A stretch of DNA of 64,000 nucleotides from Podarcis erhardii. Taxonomy: Eukaryota. How positions within the stretch are numbered: position 1 is the first letter of the stretch; every line of letters begins with the position of its first letter. The stretch is taken from assembly GCA_964252035.1 (NCBI GenBank), contig OZ176205.1, one strand, 5' to 3'. The position numbers were made by a program, and so were the translations under genes. Positions 25,753 to 38,309 of this stretch are shown here, one piece after another. The notes under the pieces were generated by a model, which was not told where the DNA came from, did no database searches, and worked only from the letters and a program-made list of their open reading frames with translations.

Positions 25753-26729
25753 CTGCTAACCTAAGTTAACATTTCAGGCATATTTCTAATTCCTCTAGTC
25801 TATGAAATCTTATACCATAAGCTTGTTAACCTTTAAAATGCCAAAAGACTCCTTGCTATTTCTGTACATATATGTATTGCCTACAACTTGCACTTAGTGT
25901 CTTGTTATGTCAGAAGCATAAATCCACTCCATTTCTGCTATCTGTTTTTTGCTGTCATTTTTGGAGGGCATGATATCATTGACCAACTCTCTTTTATTTG
26001 AACAGCACTTTTTTGCAGTTGCACAGTTGCCTAGTAACTGTAGATGATGATACAGAGTGGGGAAGATCTTGGCTTTTGCTTTTTTTTAAGCACAGAAAAT
26101 AAACAGAGTAAAAGCAGATATTCTATGTGCTGTATTCTGTTGTCATAGTCTTGGAATACAGGATCATGGCATGTTTACCCTTCACACACAAAATTATGAA
26201 GTGTTTGCTTGCAGATGGAAACTTCTGTGTCTGATCAGGGGAAACAGGTAGTCAATTCAAGCTCCCCCCCTCAATATCACCTGTTTTACCTAGACTCCCT
26301 TTCAACTCTTCTTCTTCCTGTATTTGCATTTTCTGATGTTCAGTTGTAGGTGTTAAATTCCTTCCTGCTTTTTCTGTCTCTTATCCCTTATTTCAGACAA
26401 GTGGAATATCTGGGCTGATCTTACACAGTATGACATGTTCCTGGACTGCCTGATCAATATTGCTATTACCAGTTTTGATGAAGGCAGTATCGAAATCTCA
26501 TAAACAAACAAGCAAATTAATGAGATAAGTTAGTGACTAGAACTGCACAGTTTCTAGATAGGACTTTTCAGCAGATCTTTAGCCAACAAGCTCATGTAAA
26601 TAAATTCTTTAGTCAGACAGGCAAACATTTAACATTTGAAAAGCTGCCCATTGCAAAGGCTTGAATTCGAAAACGTGAGCACAAAGAACTATTATAAAAC
26701 AAGACACACTCCCCCCAAATAACCATAGT

Positions 26730-26965
26730 TGGGCAATAGCTTTTATTTGGACCAACTAAAATGTCACAAAAATTATCATCTGTACCTTGAAATTGAGCCT
26801 ACGAGTTGACCTCATAGCTACTACATTAGCCTAATTTCTGTCCCCTTTTATCTTGTCCCCCCGGTTCTTTGTGTAACATCGTGCTTCACGAAGAGTTCTG
26901 GAGAACTCTAAAGCTTGCCACACTTTTGTGACATTTTGGTTGGTCCCAAGAAAAGGTATTGCCCA
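26730..26965. mobile_element. Penelope-like inverted terminal fragments
   Basis: 42-bp imperfect inverted arms at 26730-26771 and 26924-26965, plus a gaactctaaagcttg motif. Confidence 0.5.
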
Positions 26966-27297
26966 CCTGTTGAAGACACACTGAGTTCATAGTTTTATCA
27001 AACACGGGGAGGGTAAAGATTGTGAAGCACTTTGTAAATGGAAGGCGATATAAATAGTAGTAGCGACAGCAGTAGTAGCAGAAGCCCAAATGTTTAAGTG
27101 GAAGGGATTTAATTGGTGTCTTAAATGCATCAAGAGTGCCTTGATGTGTCTGGAGCTTCAGTATGTTTCCTAAGAATTATTGCATTTGAATATTATAACA
27201 GGTATAATAAAGGAAATAAACCTTAACAAAATATATATTCCCCATTCCCCGAAGATGGGTAAGGTCTTGTTTTTAAATAATTGTACTGAACCTGTGA

Positions 27298-27490
27298 AGT
27301 TGCCTTATATGATGCCACAGTATTGATTCATCTAGCCCTCTAGCCCATCTGGTAGCAGCTATCCATGACTTGAGGCAGAGGTACTTCCCAACCCTGCCAT
27401 CCGAAATCCTTGTAAGTCAAAATGCCAAGGACTGGGTTTGGGTTCTACTTACATGCAAGACACGTCGGCTACCAATGAGCTTTGGTCCCT
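27298..27490 (-). mobile_element. Squam3-like SINE, degenerate
   Basis: Has tgccttatatga at the left and tacatgcaagacacgtcggctaccaatgagctttggtccct (inverted head) at the right. Confidence 0.55.
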
Positions 27491-30059
27491 TAGTACTTGG
27501 TAGCTGAGTACTTAGCATTAGGCAAGTTGTGTGATGTTTGTTTTTCAAGGGAGAAGTTGAATAGCATGGGTGGGCAGACATATGCAGCACTGTACCTTGG
27601 CTGATTCTGCTTTGGCTGGACACCTACCAGTATGTATCAAATCATGACATCTGCTCTCTCTCAGCCTTGGAATATCCTTACTGATTTAGCTCAAATTTCC
27701 TGACAAATGCTGCAACCCTGAACCCACAGAAACCTGTAAGTGACTGTTGAAGCCATTCAGTAGACAGATTTTAGTCCATGCCTGCTTCCTGCTGAAGCAT
27801 AAAATCACGTTCTTACTCATTTCTTCCTGCTGCTGTTGTCACTGGCTTTTCTCCAATGGTTGTACTGCAAAAATAGTTGGTAGCAGGAAAGCACTAGATG
27901 CAATTCTTATCTGTTTCCCGTCTGTCTGTTTCTATGGGAACAGAAATTAGGTGCATGAGCAAATAGACTCACTCAGCTGCTCCTGGTAGGTTGTGATTCG
28001 CTTCCATTTTTATGGTTGCAAGCTCTGTTGAAAGATAATCTGAACTTGAGTTCCAGGAAAAAGAGTTTTAAGACTGTTAAGTTTCCAGGGTTCCTGCTGA
28101 TAATGCAGGAGGTATGAAGTAATGTTTGTGCCGGTCATATGTTTGACACTTTCTTACCCCCCACCGCCATTTAGTTATTTGTGAGCCTTGATTTTCTTCT
28201 AGCAGGCATGTTGCTTATCTCTAGGACCTGAAAGGGGATTCTGAGACACCATATTCACAATCTTCGTTATATAAATAGTTAGAAAGTGTTTCTCAAATAC
28301 ACATTGCATAAGCTTAAGTTATGCATTTATAACTCTGAAACTATCAAAAGTGTGCAACTTAGTAAACGTAGTATAAATTTCTTTTAAGTATACACCATTA
28401 TGCTGCATGGAATTGTTGGCATAAGTGTTGGAGTAGTGAGCTGTAACCATTGCCACAAATCTGCACAACTACAAAGTTGAATGCAGGGCATTAGCCATGT
28501 ATTATATATTTGATACCCTCGTCCTCCTGCTTTTGCAGTCCAGACAAAAAGCAATGACAAGGTGTTCTTGCGACTACAAGATAGTCTTAGGTTTGGACTG
28601 GTGGCTTATAAGTTGGAAAGGCCTGTATTAAAATGTAGTCTGATTGCAAGCTGTTGGTTGTCTTCTGTCTTTGCTCCGCAGCATGTGGATAATTTTGGTG
28701 CTCTAATTTGAAAGGCTGCCTGGCATTTGAATTATTCTCTCCTTGCATGAGTGCTGGTGCATGAGGTTAGAGCACGGCTGAGCTTGCTGGCCCCACCCCA
28801 TGCTCATGGAAGATAGTCAGTAATGTGAGGCTGATCAAGATGCTGCCAGAATTCCTAACTGAAGAAAATACAAATGCATCGTCTCTGCCATGAGTCCTCA
28901 CTGGCCCAGGACTCACTCTTCCATGCAACTTCACTGCAGCAAAAAGTTGTATCTAGAACTGTATGTGCAACACTTGCAACATGTATGTGATCAAGTACAA
29001 ATTACCGTGATAAAATCAGGGGAGTGATAACAGCTCAAGAGCAGCTAGTAAGTCCTAACCAAACCACATGGGATCAAGGAGAGCATGAGTGAAGTTTCTT
29101 TCATGCAACAAGGCTTTCCCTTGCATCTGTTCCACTGTAGTCAATTCCACTCCCCTACATGTAAGGGACCCTCTAGGATGGTGGGAGATGTGATGCGGGA
29201 GCTGCTGCTGGAGGATAGAGATTGAGGACGCCACCCCACCGCCTGCAGCAGCAGAACTGTATTTTGCTTGTGAAAGAAATCATTTGGATCATAACCATTA
29301 TCTTGGATGTGTGGTTCATTTCTTGAAAGGCAGCCTTGGTTTGTTAGGGTGCTATTTATCAGAAGTGACTGTATTCCCACATGGCTGACTAAGCTGTGCT
29401 TGTGCTAGTTTTCTTCTAATTGTATTTCAGCTCTTGCAGGCTGAAGCATCATGACTTACACACAGCCTTGTTGGAAGGGGAGCTACATTGTTCTCCTGCA
29501 AATAACAAAACTGAATTACTTTAATAACAGGCTTTATTTGCTAAATAACTTGGAGGTTAAGAAGTCTAAAATAGCGGTGTTGGACTAATTATTGTAGTGT
29601 TCTTGTCTCTAGCCAATTAATTCTTTCAAATAATTGCAGCTCTCTATTTTTTTAAGAAAGAATTGCCTTACTGCAAGCTACATTGCTCCCACTTTACACT
29701 TTTGAAAGTTTTTGGCAGCTAGTCTCTCTTTCTTTTTGAACATTTGCTTACATTTCGTTATTGAATTAAGCAGAAGTTTAGTCATTCACTAGTTTTGCGG
29801 CACACTACCTACTCATATAAAATATAAGTATAATAAGCCGTAAGATGCCAGAAAAGCAATACAGAATGATCATTAAAATGACTGTCTCTTCTTAAGAAAA
29901 AATTAAACAACCATACAGTCCTGTTGGCATAAGAAGATCTTCAGAAGATGCCTGAATATTAGCAGCAAGGATGCCTGCCAAATCTCGGCTGAAAGTACTT
30001 CTCAGCATGTGTACCAACAACCCTAAATGCCTGACTTCTAGCTGCAGCTAGTCAGATTT

Positions 30060-30850
30060 CTGAAACTAGGGACAACTAACAGCACTCCTCCATATTATCT
30101 TGGTGATGGAGCATGGAATATAGGGCTCATGCTGCCAATGAGATATCCTGGACCCAGATTGTTCAGGTTTTTGTATATTAATACAAAAATACTGAGCTTG
30201 GACTGGTAGCCTATGGGCATCCAGTGCAGATGTTTTAGCCAACAGCATGTGACACCTCTGCTGTCTTCCTCTGTTAGCATGCTGCACTAGCTGAAGCTTT
30301 TGGACCAAGCCAGAGGGCAGGTCCACATAGAGCATGGGTAGGCAAACTAAGGCCCTGGGGCCGGATCTGGCCCAATTGCCTTCTAAATCCGGCCCGCGGA
30401 TAGCCCGGGAATCAGCATGTTTTTACATGAGTAGAATGTGCCCTTTTATTTAAAATGCATCTCTGGGTTACTTGTGGGCCTGCCTGGTGTTTTTGCATGA
30501 GTAGAATGTGTGCTTTTATTTAAAATGCATCTCTGGGTTATTTGTGGGGCATAGGAATTTGTTCCTTTTGTCCTCCCTTCAAAATATAGTCTGGCCCCCC
30601 AACAAGGTCTGAGGGACAGTGGACCGCCCCCCTGCTGAAAAAGTTTGCTAATAGAGCATATTGCAGTAAGGCAGTCTCAAGGATGCTAATACATGGACTG
30701 TAGTAGCCAGACTATCCTGATGATGCACACGCAGCTGTTCCTGGAGTACAAGACAAAGCTGGTAAAAGGCACTCCTAGCCACAGAGGTCACTTGGGCATC
30801 TAATGACAAACATGTATTGATGAATGCCCCCAAGCTACATACCTGCTCCT
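30060..30850 (-). mobile_element. L2 LINE ORF2 3' remnant split by the MITE
   Basis: Translations AQVTSVARSAFYQL...LRLPYCNMLY, then VDLPSGLVQKLQLVQ and LHWMPIGYQ...LIYKNLNNLGPGYL, match the L2 ORF2 C-terminus. Confidence 0.8.
30333..30649. mobile_element. hAT (Charlie-like) MITE, second copy, right TIR clipped
   Basis: Same family as 45760-46076. It has ACATAGAG on the left and ATAGAG on the right, and it interrupts an L2 reading frame. Confidence 0.88.
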
Positions 30851-31294
30851 TCAGAGGGAACGCAACCTTTCCAGAACAAGCAATTGGTCTATCTTCAAGG
30901 CCTTAAATGAAAGCTGTTGTTTTTTTACAAAGCTTTAAGTCTCTCTGCTTTAAGTAAGCCACAGTAAGTAAGCTATAGTTGGAGTAGTTTCTTTGAAATC
31001 AGTAGATTTCAGTTACTTTAGACCATTGATTTCAGTGGGTCTACTTTGAGTATGGCTCATGTTGGATATGAAAGCCTGCCATTTGCTTTTTTCTGTGCTG
31101 TGTTTCAGAATCATGGCACACACAGTATCAGTCTCATTAAGCAATCTTTTAAAGCCCTTTGTATAGTGGAAAAAGCTTAATGTTCAGTGTCTCAAAGTAG
31201 CTATTTGTTACCACTTGAGGGCAGTAGATTTCCTTTTTTGGCATTCTCTAAAAATTCTGTTTAATCCTGATTCCTCTTCTATGGATGGAACATA

Positions 31295-32812
31295 CAGGTG
31301 AAACTCAGAAAATTAGAATATCGTGGAAAAGTTCATTTATTTCAGTAATTCAACTTAAAAGGTGAAACTAATATATGAGATAGATTCATGACATGCAAAA
31401 CAATATATGTCAAGCCCTTTGTTTGTTATAATTGTGATATTATGGCATACAGCTGATGAAAACCCCAAATTAACAATCTCAGAAAATTAGAATATTAAAT
31501 GAAATCAGCAAAACAAGGATTGCAAATAGAGCAATATTGGACCTCTGAGAAGTAGAAGCATGCATATGTACTCAGTACTTGGTTTTGCATCAATTACTGC
31601 CTCAATGCGGCGTGGCATGGATGCTATCAGCCTGTGGCACTGCTGCGGTGTTATGGAAGACCAGGAAGCTTCAATAGCAGCCTTCAGCTCTTCTGCATTG
31701 CTCGGTCTCATGTCTCTCATCTTTCTTTTGGTAATGTCCCATAGATTCTCTATGGGATTCAGGTCAGGCGAGTTTGCTGGCCATTCAAGCACAGTAATCC
31801 CATGGACATTGAACCAGGTTTTGGTACTTTTGGCAGTGTGGGCAGGTGCCAAGTCCTGCTGGAAAATGAAGTCAGCATCCCTATAAAATAAAGCTTGTCT
31901 GTGGAAGGAAGCATGAAGTGCTCCAAAATCTCCTGGTAGATGGCTGCGTTGATCCTGGACTTAATGGAGCACAGTGGAACAACACCAGCTGATGACATGG
32001 CTCCCCAAATCAACACAGACTGTGGAAACTTCACACTGGACTTCAAGCATCTGGCATTGTGTGCCTCCCCATTCTTCCTCCAGACTCTGGGTCCTTGGTT
32101 TCCAAATGAGATGCAAAAGTTGCTCTCATCAGAAAAGAGGACTTGGGACCACTGAGCAACAGACCAGTTCTTTTTTTCTTCAGCCCAGGTAAGACACTTC
32201 TGACGTTTCTTGACAAGAGGAATACGACATTTGAAGCCCATCTCCAGGATCCGTCTGTGTGTGGTGGCTCTTGATGCACTAACTCCAGCCTTAGTCCACT
32301 CCTTGTGAAAGTCCCCAACACTTTTGAACAGTCTTTTCCTGACAATTCTCTCCAGGCTGTGGTCATCCCTGCTGCTTGTGCACCTTTTTCTTCCACACTT
32401 TTCCCTTCTGCATAACTTTCCATTAATGTGCTTCGATACAGCACTTTGGAAACATCCAACTTCTTCTGCAATTACCTTTTGAGGCTTTCCCTCCTTATGG
32501 AGGGTCTCAGTGATGACTTTCTGCACAACTGTCAGGTCAGCAGCTTTCCCCATTTAAAGGCTCAGGAACCCATTGCAGGTGTTATGGATTGAATAGCTAC
32601 TGCACCTTTTCACAATATTCTAATTTTCTGAGATTGTTAATTTGGGGTTTTCATCAGCTGTACCCCATAATCATCACAATAACAAATAAAGGCTTGACAT
32701 ATCTTGCTTTGCATGTCATGAGTCTATCTCATATATTAGTTTCACCTTTTAAGTTGAATTACTGAAATAAATGAAGTTTTCCACGATATTCTGATTTTCC
32801 GAGTTTCACCTG
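31295..32812 (-). mobile_element. Tc1-like DNA transposon (IR/DR type), full length, TA TSD
   Basis: About 200-bp inverted terminal repeats (CAGGTGAAACTC...; 31295-31496 and 32614-32812) are flanked by TA. Each ITR carries the direct repeat CTCRGAAAAT(T/C)AGAATAT at both ends. A transposase is encoded on the - strand. Confidence 0.97.
31572..32553 (-). pseudogene. Tc1 transposase (DD34E-type), disrupted
   Basis: Contains MGKAADLTVVQK..., VLFSDESNF and WPANSPDLNPIENLW motifs. There is a frameshift at an ATAAA duplication near 31883-31892, an apparent short in-frame deletion (PLVKKRQK) and a small deletion just before the stop. Confidence 0.93.
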
Positions 32813-34680
32813 TAAATATGTGTGAAACAGTATGAAATGATGTTCTTTCTGCTTACTTTTCTGTGCTGCAGCTTTGATTATTAATGTAACATTCTGGCTT
32901 TCCTACCTTTGGAATAAAACATCATGACACTATTCTTCTATCTACCTGTCTCTCAGGGGCTTTTCAAGATTTTTTTCAGTATTCCAAACTGAAAAGATAA
33001 ATTGGAGGCAGAGTAGTTGGAATGACTCCACATTATTATAGTACACATGGCACTTTGCTTTTTAAAGTCATCTGCTTTCCTTTAATGGAACAGAAACATA
33101 TTCTCTTGTTTCAACCCTGACCACCTCCTGCACATTAAAAAAATGTGCCCCCTCTCCCCCAAATAGTAAAGATTTCTTTACTTTGCTACTCCTTGCTTGT
33201 GGTAAACTTCAGTTTCCTGAATTACAGTAGGGCCTCAACCTAAACACTTAATAATCAAAGTACTTACAAACTAAGCTTTTGCCATCACCAGGGAATGTGT
33301 GTGGTGTACGTCCCCCAATCTTTCCACTGAAATGCTGTTTTGAATACTGGATGATATGTTTAAAGACCACTGGCTCTCTATTTTGATGCCTTCCTGAGGC
33401 CAGAGCCATCTCAGGAGGTGCAAGATGCAAATAGTAATTAGTTCCATTTGACAACCTAGTTATGGTCCTTATTAGGAATTTTTGCATAGAAACCTTTTAC
33501 TGCATTTGAAAATGTTCCACTACAGCCCTGGGCTGTTGGTGTTGATCACAGATGTGTTTTGATTTACTTGTGTGGTGGCTGTGGGAGGGCTGGACAGAGA
33601 CCAGTATGTAACCAGGACAGTTCAACAGCTGGATCTGCTTGCTATTTCTTGAAGATTGTGCTATGTCCACAGTCCTATTAGAGAATTGCTGTGCTTCTGC
33701 TTAATCTGGTTTTATTGTTGCTCTTAATCCACACTTTCTATACTTTCCTTATTGGGGAATGTTGGAAATATCTAATGTTTCTTTAAAATTTGTATACATT
33801 ATTATCAATACATGAACCCCCAAATAAAAGGAAGAGGTGATAGACTATGTAATAAATAAATGGAATATATATGAAGATTCTCAGTACTGAAAAACATAAA
33901 TACACATTTACTATTTTTGCTTGGCAGCACCAACACTCTGCAATCCCTTGCTTACTGACATTAGGCAGGCACCTTCACTATGTTATTTTCAGTGCCAGCT
34001 AAAAACCTTTTTGTTTGGTCACGCCTACTCAGAAAAGTAAAGCTGTCATGCATTTTCATGTGTAATTTTATTTTATAATGTATATTTCAAACTGCTGATT
34101 TGATCTAAGTTTCATAATTTTTTTAGGTTAACTTGTTTTTATCTCTCTCTCCCTAGTAAGCCGTTTAGAAGTTTTTATGATTAAGCGGTATACAAATTAC
34201 ATATTATAAAGTATGTGTGTTGGTTTTGTAGATCTTATTCAAATTATGTGGCATTAAATAATACCTCCCTTTCAAATTTGTGCAAATAGGTTTTGTTCTA
34301 GAATATAAACAAACATCTTATGCTGACTGTTCGTGCAATTGGAATTAAAATGATTTCTGTTTTTGTAAAACATCCATTATTAGTAAATTAAATTAAAGGT
34401 AAATTAAAGGCAATGATTCTTTAGCTTTGGTAGTTGTGATCTGTTTTGCAAATTCAGAAATTGTGTGCTTCATTTGCTTTGATACATTTTTTTTTAATAA
34501 AGCAACAAATAAAAATTGCCATTTCATTTTTCAAAATACTGAATAACCACAAGATCATCAGTCTTTAATGGGCACTGCAGAAGCTCAGTGAGTAACGTAG
34601 GCTACAGTGAGTAACGCTGGGTACAGTGATCTTGAATCTGTATTCAGTAACACTGGGAGTCAAGATTGTGCAAATAGCAG

Positions 34681-36442
34681 TCCTAAAGGAAGAACAAAGA
34701 AACAGTGGGGTGACTCAGAGGAGAAGATGGTGAAATGCAAACAGGGGACACAGAAAGGGCTGAACTCCTCAATGCCTTCTTTGCCTCAGTCTTCTCCGAT
34801 AAAGAAAACAATGCCCGACCTGAAGAATTTGGAGCAAATGATTCAGCAGACGAAACACAGCCCAGAATAACTAAGGAGATAGTACAAGAATACTTGGCTA
34901 GTTTAGATGTATTCAAGTCTCCAGGGCCAGATGAACTGCATCCAAGAGTATTAAAAGAACTGGCAGGTGTGATCTCAGAAACACTGGCAGTCATCTTTGA
35001 GAATTCCTGGAGAACAGGCGAAGTCCCGGCAGACTGGAGGAGGGCAAATGTTGTCCCTATTTTCAAAAAGGGGAAAAGAGAGGACCCAAATAATTACCGC
35101 CCAGTCAGTCTGACATCAATACCAGGGAAGATTCTGGAGCAGATCATTAAGCAAACAGTCTGTGAGCACCTAGAAAGGAATGCTGTGATCACCAATAGTC
35201 AGCATGGATTTCTGAAAAATAAGTCATGTCAGACTAACCTGATCTCGTTTTTTGACAGAATTACAAGCCTGGTAGATGAAGGGAACGCAGTGGATGTAGC
35301 CTACCTTGATTTCAGCAAGGCATTTGACAAGGTGCCCCATGATATTCTTGTAAAGAAGCTGGTAAAATGCAGTCTTGACTATGCTACCACTCAGTGGATT
35401 TGTAACTGGCCGACTGACCGAACCCAAAGGGTGCTCATCAATGGTTCCTGTTCATCCTGGAGAAGAGGGACTAGTGGGGTGCCACAGGGTTCTGTCTTGG
35501 GCCCGGTCTTATTCAACATCTTTATCAACGACTTGGATGATGGACTCAAGGGCATCCTGATCAAATTTGCAGATGACACCAAACTGGGAGGGGTGGCTAA
35601 CACCCCAGTGGACAGGATCACACTTCAAAACGACCTTGACAGATTAGAGAACTGGGCCAAAACAAACAAGATGAATTTTAACAGGGAGAAATGTAAAGTA
35701 TTGCACTTGGGGGGGGGGGGGGAAATGAGAGGCACAAATACAAGATGGGTGACACCTGGCTTGAGAGCAGTACATGTGAAAAGGATCTAGGAGTCTTGGT
35801 TGACCACAAACTTGACATGAGCCAACAGTGTGACGCGGCAGCTAAAAAAGCCAATGCAATTCTGGGCTGCATCAATAGCATCTAGATCAAGGGAAGTAAT
35901 AGTCCCACTGTATTCTGCTCTGGTCAGACCTCACCTGGAGTACTGTGTCCAGTTCTGGGCACCACAGTTCAATAAGGACACTGACAAACTGGAACGTGTC
36001 CAGAGGAGGGCAACCAAAATGGTCAAAGGCCTGGAAACGATGCCTTATGAGGAACGGCTAAGGGAGCTGGGCATGTTTAGCCTGGAGAAGAGGAGGTTAA
36101 GGGGTGATATGATAGCCATGTTCAAATATATAAAAGGATGTCACATAGAGGAGGGAGAAAGGTTGTTTTCTGCTGCTCCAGAGAAGCGGACACGGAGCAA
36201 TGGTTCCAAACTACAAGAAAGAAGATTCCACCTAAACATTAGGAAGAACTTCCTGACAGTAAGAGCTGTTTGACAGTGGAATTTGCTGCCAAGGAGTGTG
36301 GTGGAGTCTCCTTCTTTGGAGGTCTTTAAGCAGAGGCTTGACAACCATATGTCAGGAGTGCTCTGGTGGTGTTTCCTGCTTGGCAGGGGGTTGGACTCGA
36401 TGGCCCTTGTGGTCTCTTCCAACTCTATGATTCTATGATTCT
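34681..36442 (+). mobile_element. CR1 LINE, 5'-truncated, with 3' (ATTCTATG)n tail
   Basis: ORF2 RT domain (SPGPDELHPRVLKEL, YLDFSKAFDKV, GVPQGSVLGP, KFADDTKL), a CR1-type C-terminus ([14 protein letters not shown]) and terminal ctatgattctatgattct. The 5' boundary is approximate. Confidence 0.96.
34735..36273 (+). pseudogene. CR1 ORF2 remnant (reverse transcriptase)
   Basis: A 351-aa open frame (34735-35790) covers the RT core. The frame shifts at a 14-G run (35709-35722) and again near 35880, then ends at an early TGA at 36271-36273. The endonuclease is missing. Confidence 0.9.
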
Positions 36443-37903
36443 AAATAATTTCTGAAAAATTAGCAGAAAAGGGGACAGGGCAACCTGACAATTTCAGAAA
36501 TATATTTCAAGGAATGAATGGAGAAACTTTAGGATATGTTCAATTCAGTCTTGAGAATTAAACAGTTATGCAATTCATTGATGGTATGAACAGGAATACC
36601 ATGAGAAAGGACTCTGTTACATATTTTTGGTTTGTTCTGCAATTGCTGTAAACAAGAGTCTCTTAACTATAAATGACTTTTTAAATTTAATATGGTTCTA
36701 ATTTGTTTATTGATGATAATTTGATGCACTTGGTATAAAGCTTTTTTGGTTAGACACTTTGCATATTTTGGGGGATAATCAACCCATGTGTCACTGTCAT
36801 TGATAGTATGATACCCAGTTCCCATATTACGCTGTCCACATGGAAGAAAGGCTCTTCTGAGTTCAGTGCATATAGTGGCTACTTACAATGTTTCCTGAAA
36901 TATACAAGGAATTGGAGCCTGAAAAAGGGCAAATGAGCTCCCTGTTTAATATACTGGACTGTGCATGCCAGGACTCTAACCTCTGCATTCTGGAGTCATA
37001 TATCTTGGGAGCTTTTATCCAAGAAGCAAATAGATTTTAATAAAAAGGAAAGATGTCCACTTATTTTCCACCCTGACTGCCCAGAGAAATCTGGGTTGTT
37101 TTACTCTGTTCTCTTTTTGCAATCAGTGTTGTAAGTACTTTACAAATTCAGCATTTGTTTCTAGTTTTCCCCTCCTGAGTCACCCTCAAATGCACTTAAG
37201 GTTTTTGCCTCATACTGGCTTAACCAAACAAATAAATATTTGTCATATGGACTTATTCAGTATTAAACAGTTATTGGCATGATTTTCAACTGCTGTCCCA
37301 AGTGCATACCTTCAGTTCCTTTAGAGAGTTTATTTACTATACATTAGGCATAAATGCCTGATTGGTAATGAAAGGTAAGAGGAGAAGCCTTGGCAACAAA
37401 AGCCTGGAAACTTTTCTTTGAGCCTAAACACAGATTTCAAGTGCCCGTAGCCTGTGATTCTGTGCAGACTTAGGAGGATGCACAGATTGTGTCTTGTTTG
37501 GAGGGAAACAAAGCACAAGTTGCATGTATTGCTAAGCCATCTGCTCCAGGGTTTATTTCCCTGTTTGACTAAGATCGGAGTCAAGTAGGAGAGCTTGAGC
37601 TGCATGTGCCAGTACACAGCTTATGGACAGCATGGTTAAACAAGCCATAGCTTGTGCCTTAGCACTGTGTCAAAATGTGGTCCCTGCCATTTAGGAGTTC
37701 TTTTTCTGAATTATTCTTAAAACAAAGTATTTCTGCCAGAATCAATTATGCTTATTAAATACATTTATTGAAGGCTAAATTCACATGCACATAAAGTTGG
37801 ATGGGCAACTTTTTTGGCCCTGAGGGCCAGAGCTAGTGGTGGTAGATCAGGGACCATATACTCATTTGCTCACGTACACACAGACACACTCATTCCCCAT
37901 AAC

Positions 37904-38037
37904 NNNNNNNNNNNNNNNNNNNNNNNNNNNNNNNNNNNNNNNNNNNNNNNNNNNNNNNNNNNNNNNNNNNNNNNNNNNNNNNNNNNNNNNNNNNNNNNNN
38001 NNNNNNNNNNNNNNNNNNNNNNNNNNNNNNNNNNNNN
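37904..38037. other. assembly gap (134 N)
   Basis: Run of N. Confidence 1.
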
Positions 38038-38084
38038 AGCATGAGAGGAGACATGCAATGGTATTTTTTTAAAAAATCCATATA

Positions 38085-38309
38085 CAGTTGTACCTTAGAA
38101 GTCGAACAGAATCCGTTCCGGAAGTCCATTCGACTTCCAAAACATTTGGAAACATTGGCTCCTTCAGCTAATTGGAAGCCGCAGAAGCCCCATCGGACTT
38201 TCGGCTTCCAAAAGAATGTTTGAAAACCGGAACACTCACTTCCGGGTTTCGATTGTTCAGGAGCCGGAACGTTTGACTCCCAAGGCGTTCGGGATCCAAG
38301 GTATGACTG
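38085..38309. mobile_element. Tigger-like MITE
   Basis: Termini are TA|CAGTTGTACCTT ... AAGGTATGACTG|TA, with an internal repeated gttcg/cgaac-type motif. Confidence 0.8.
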
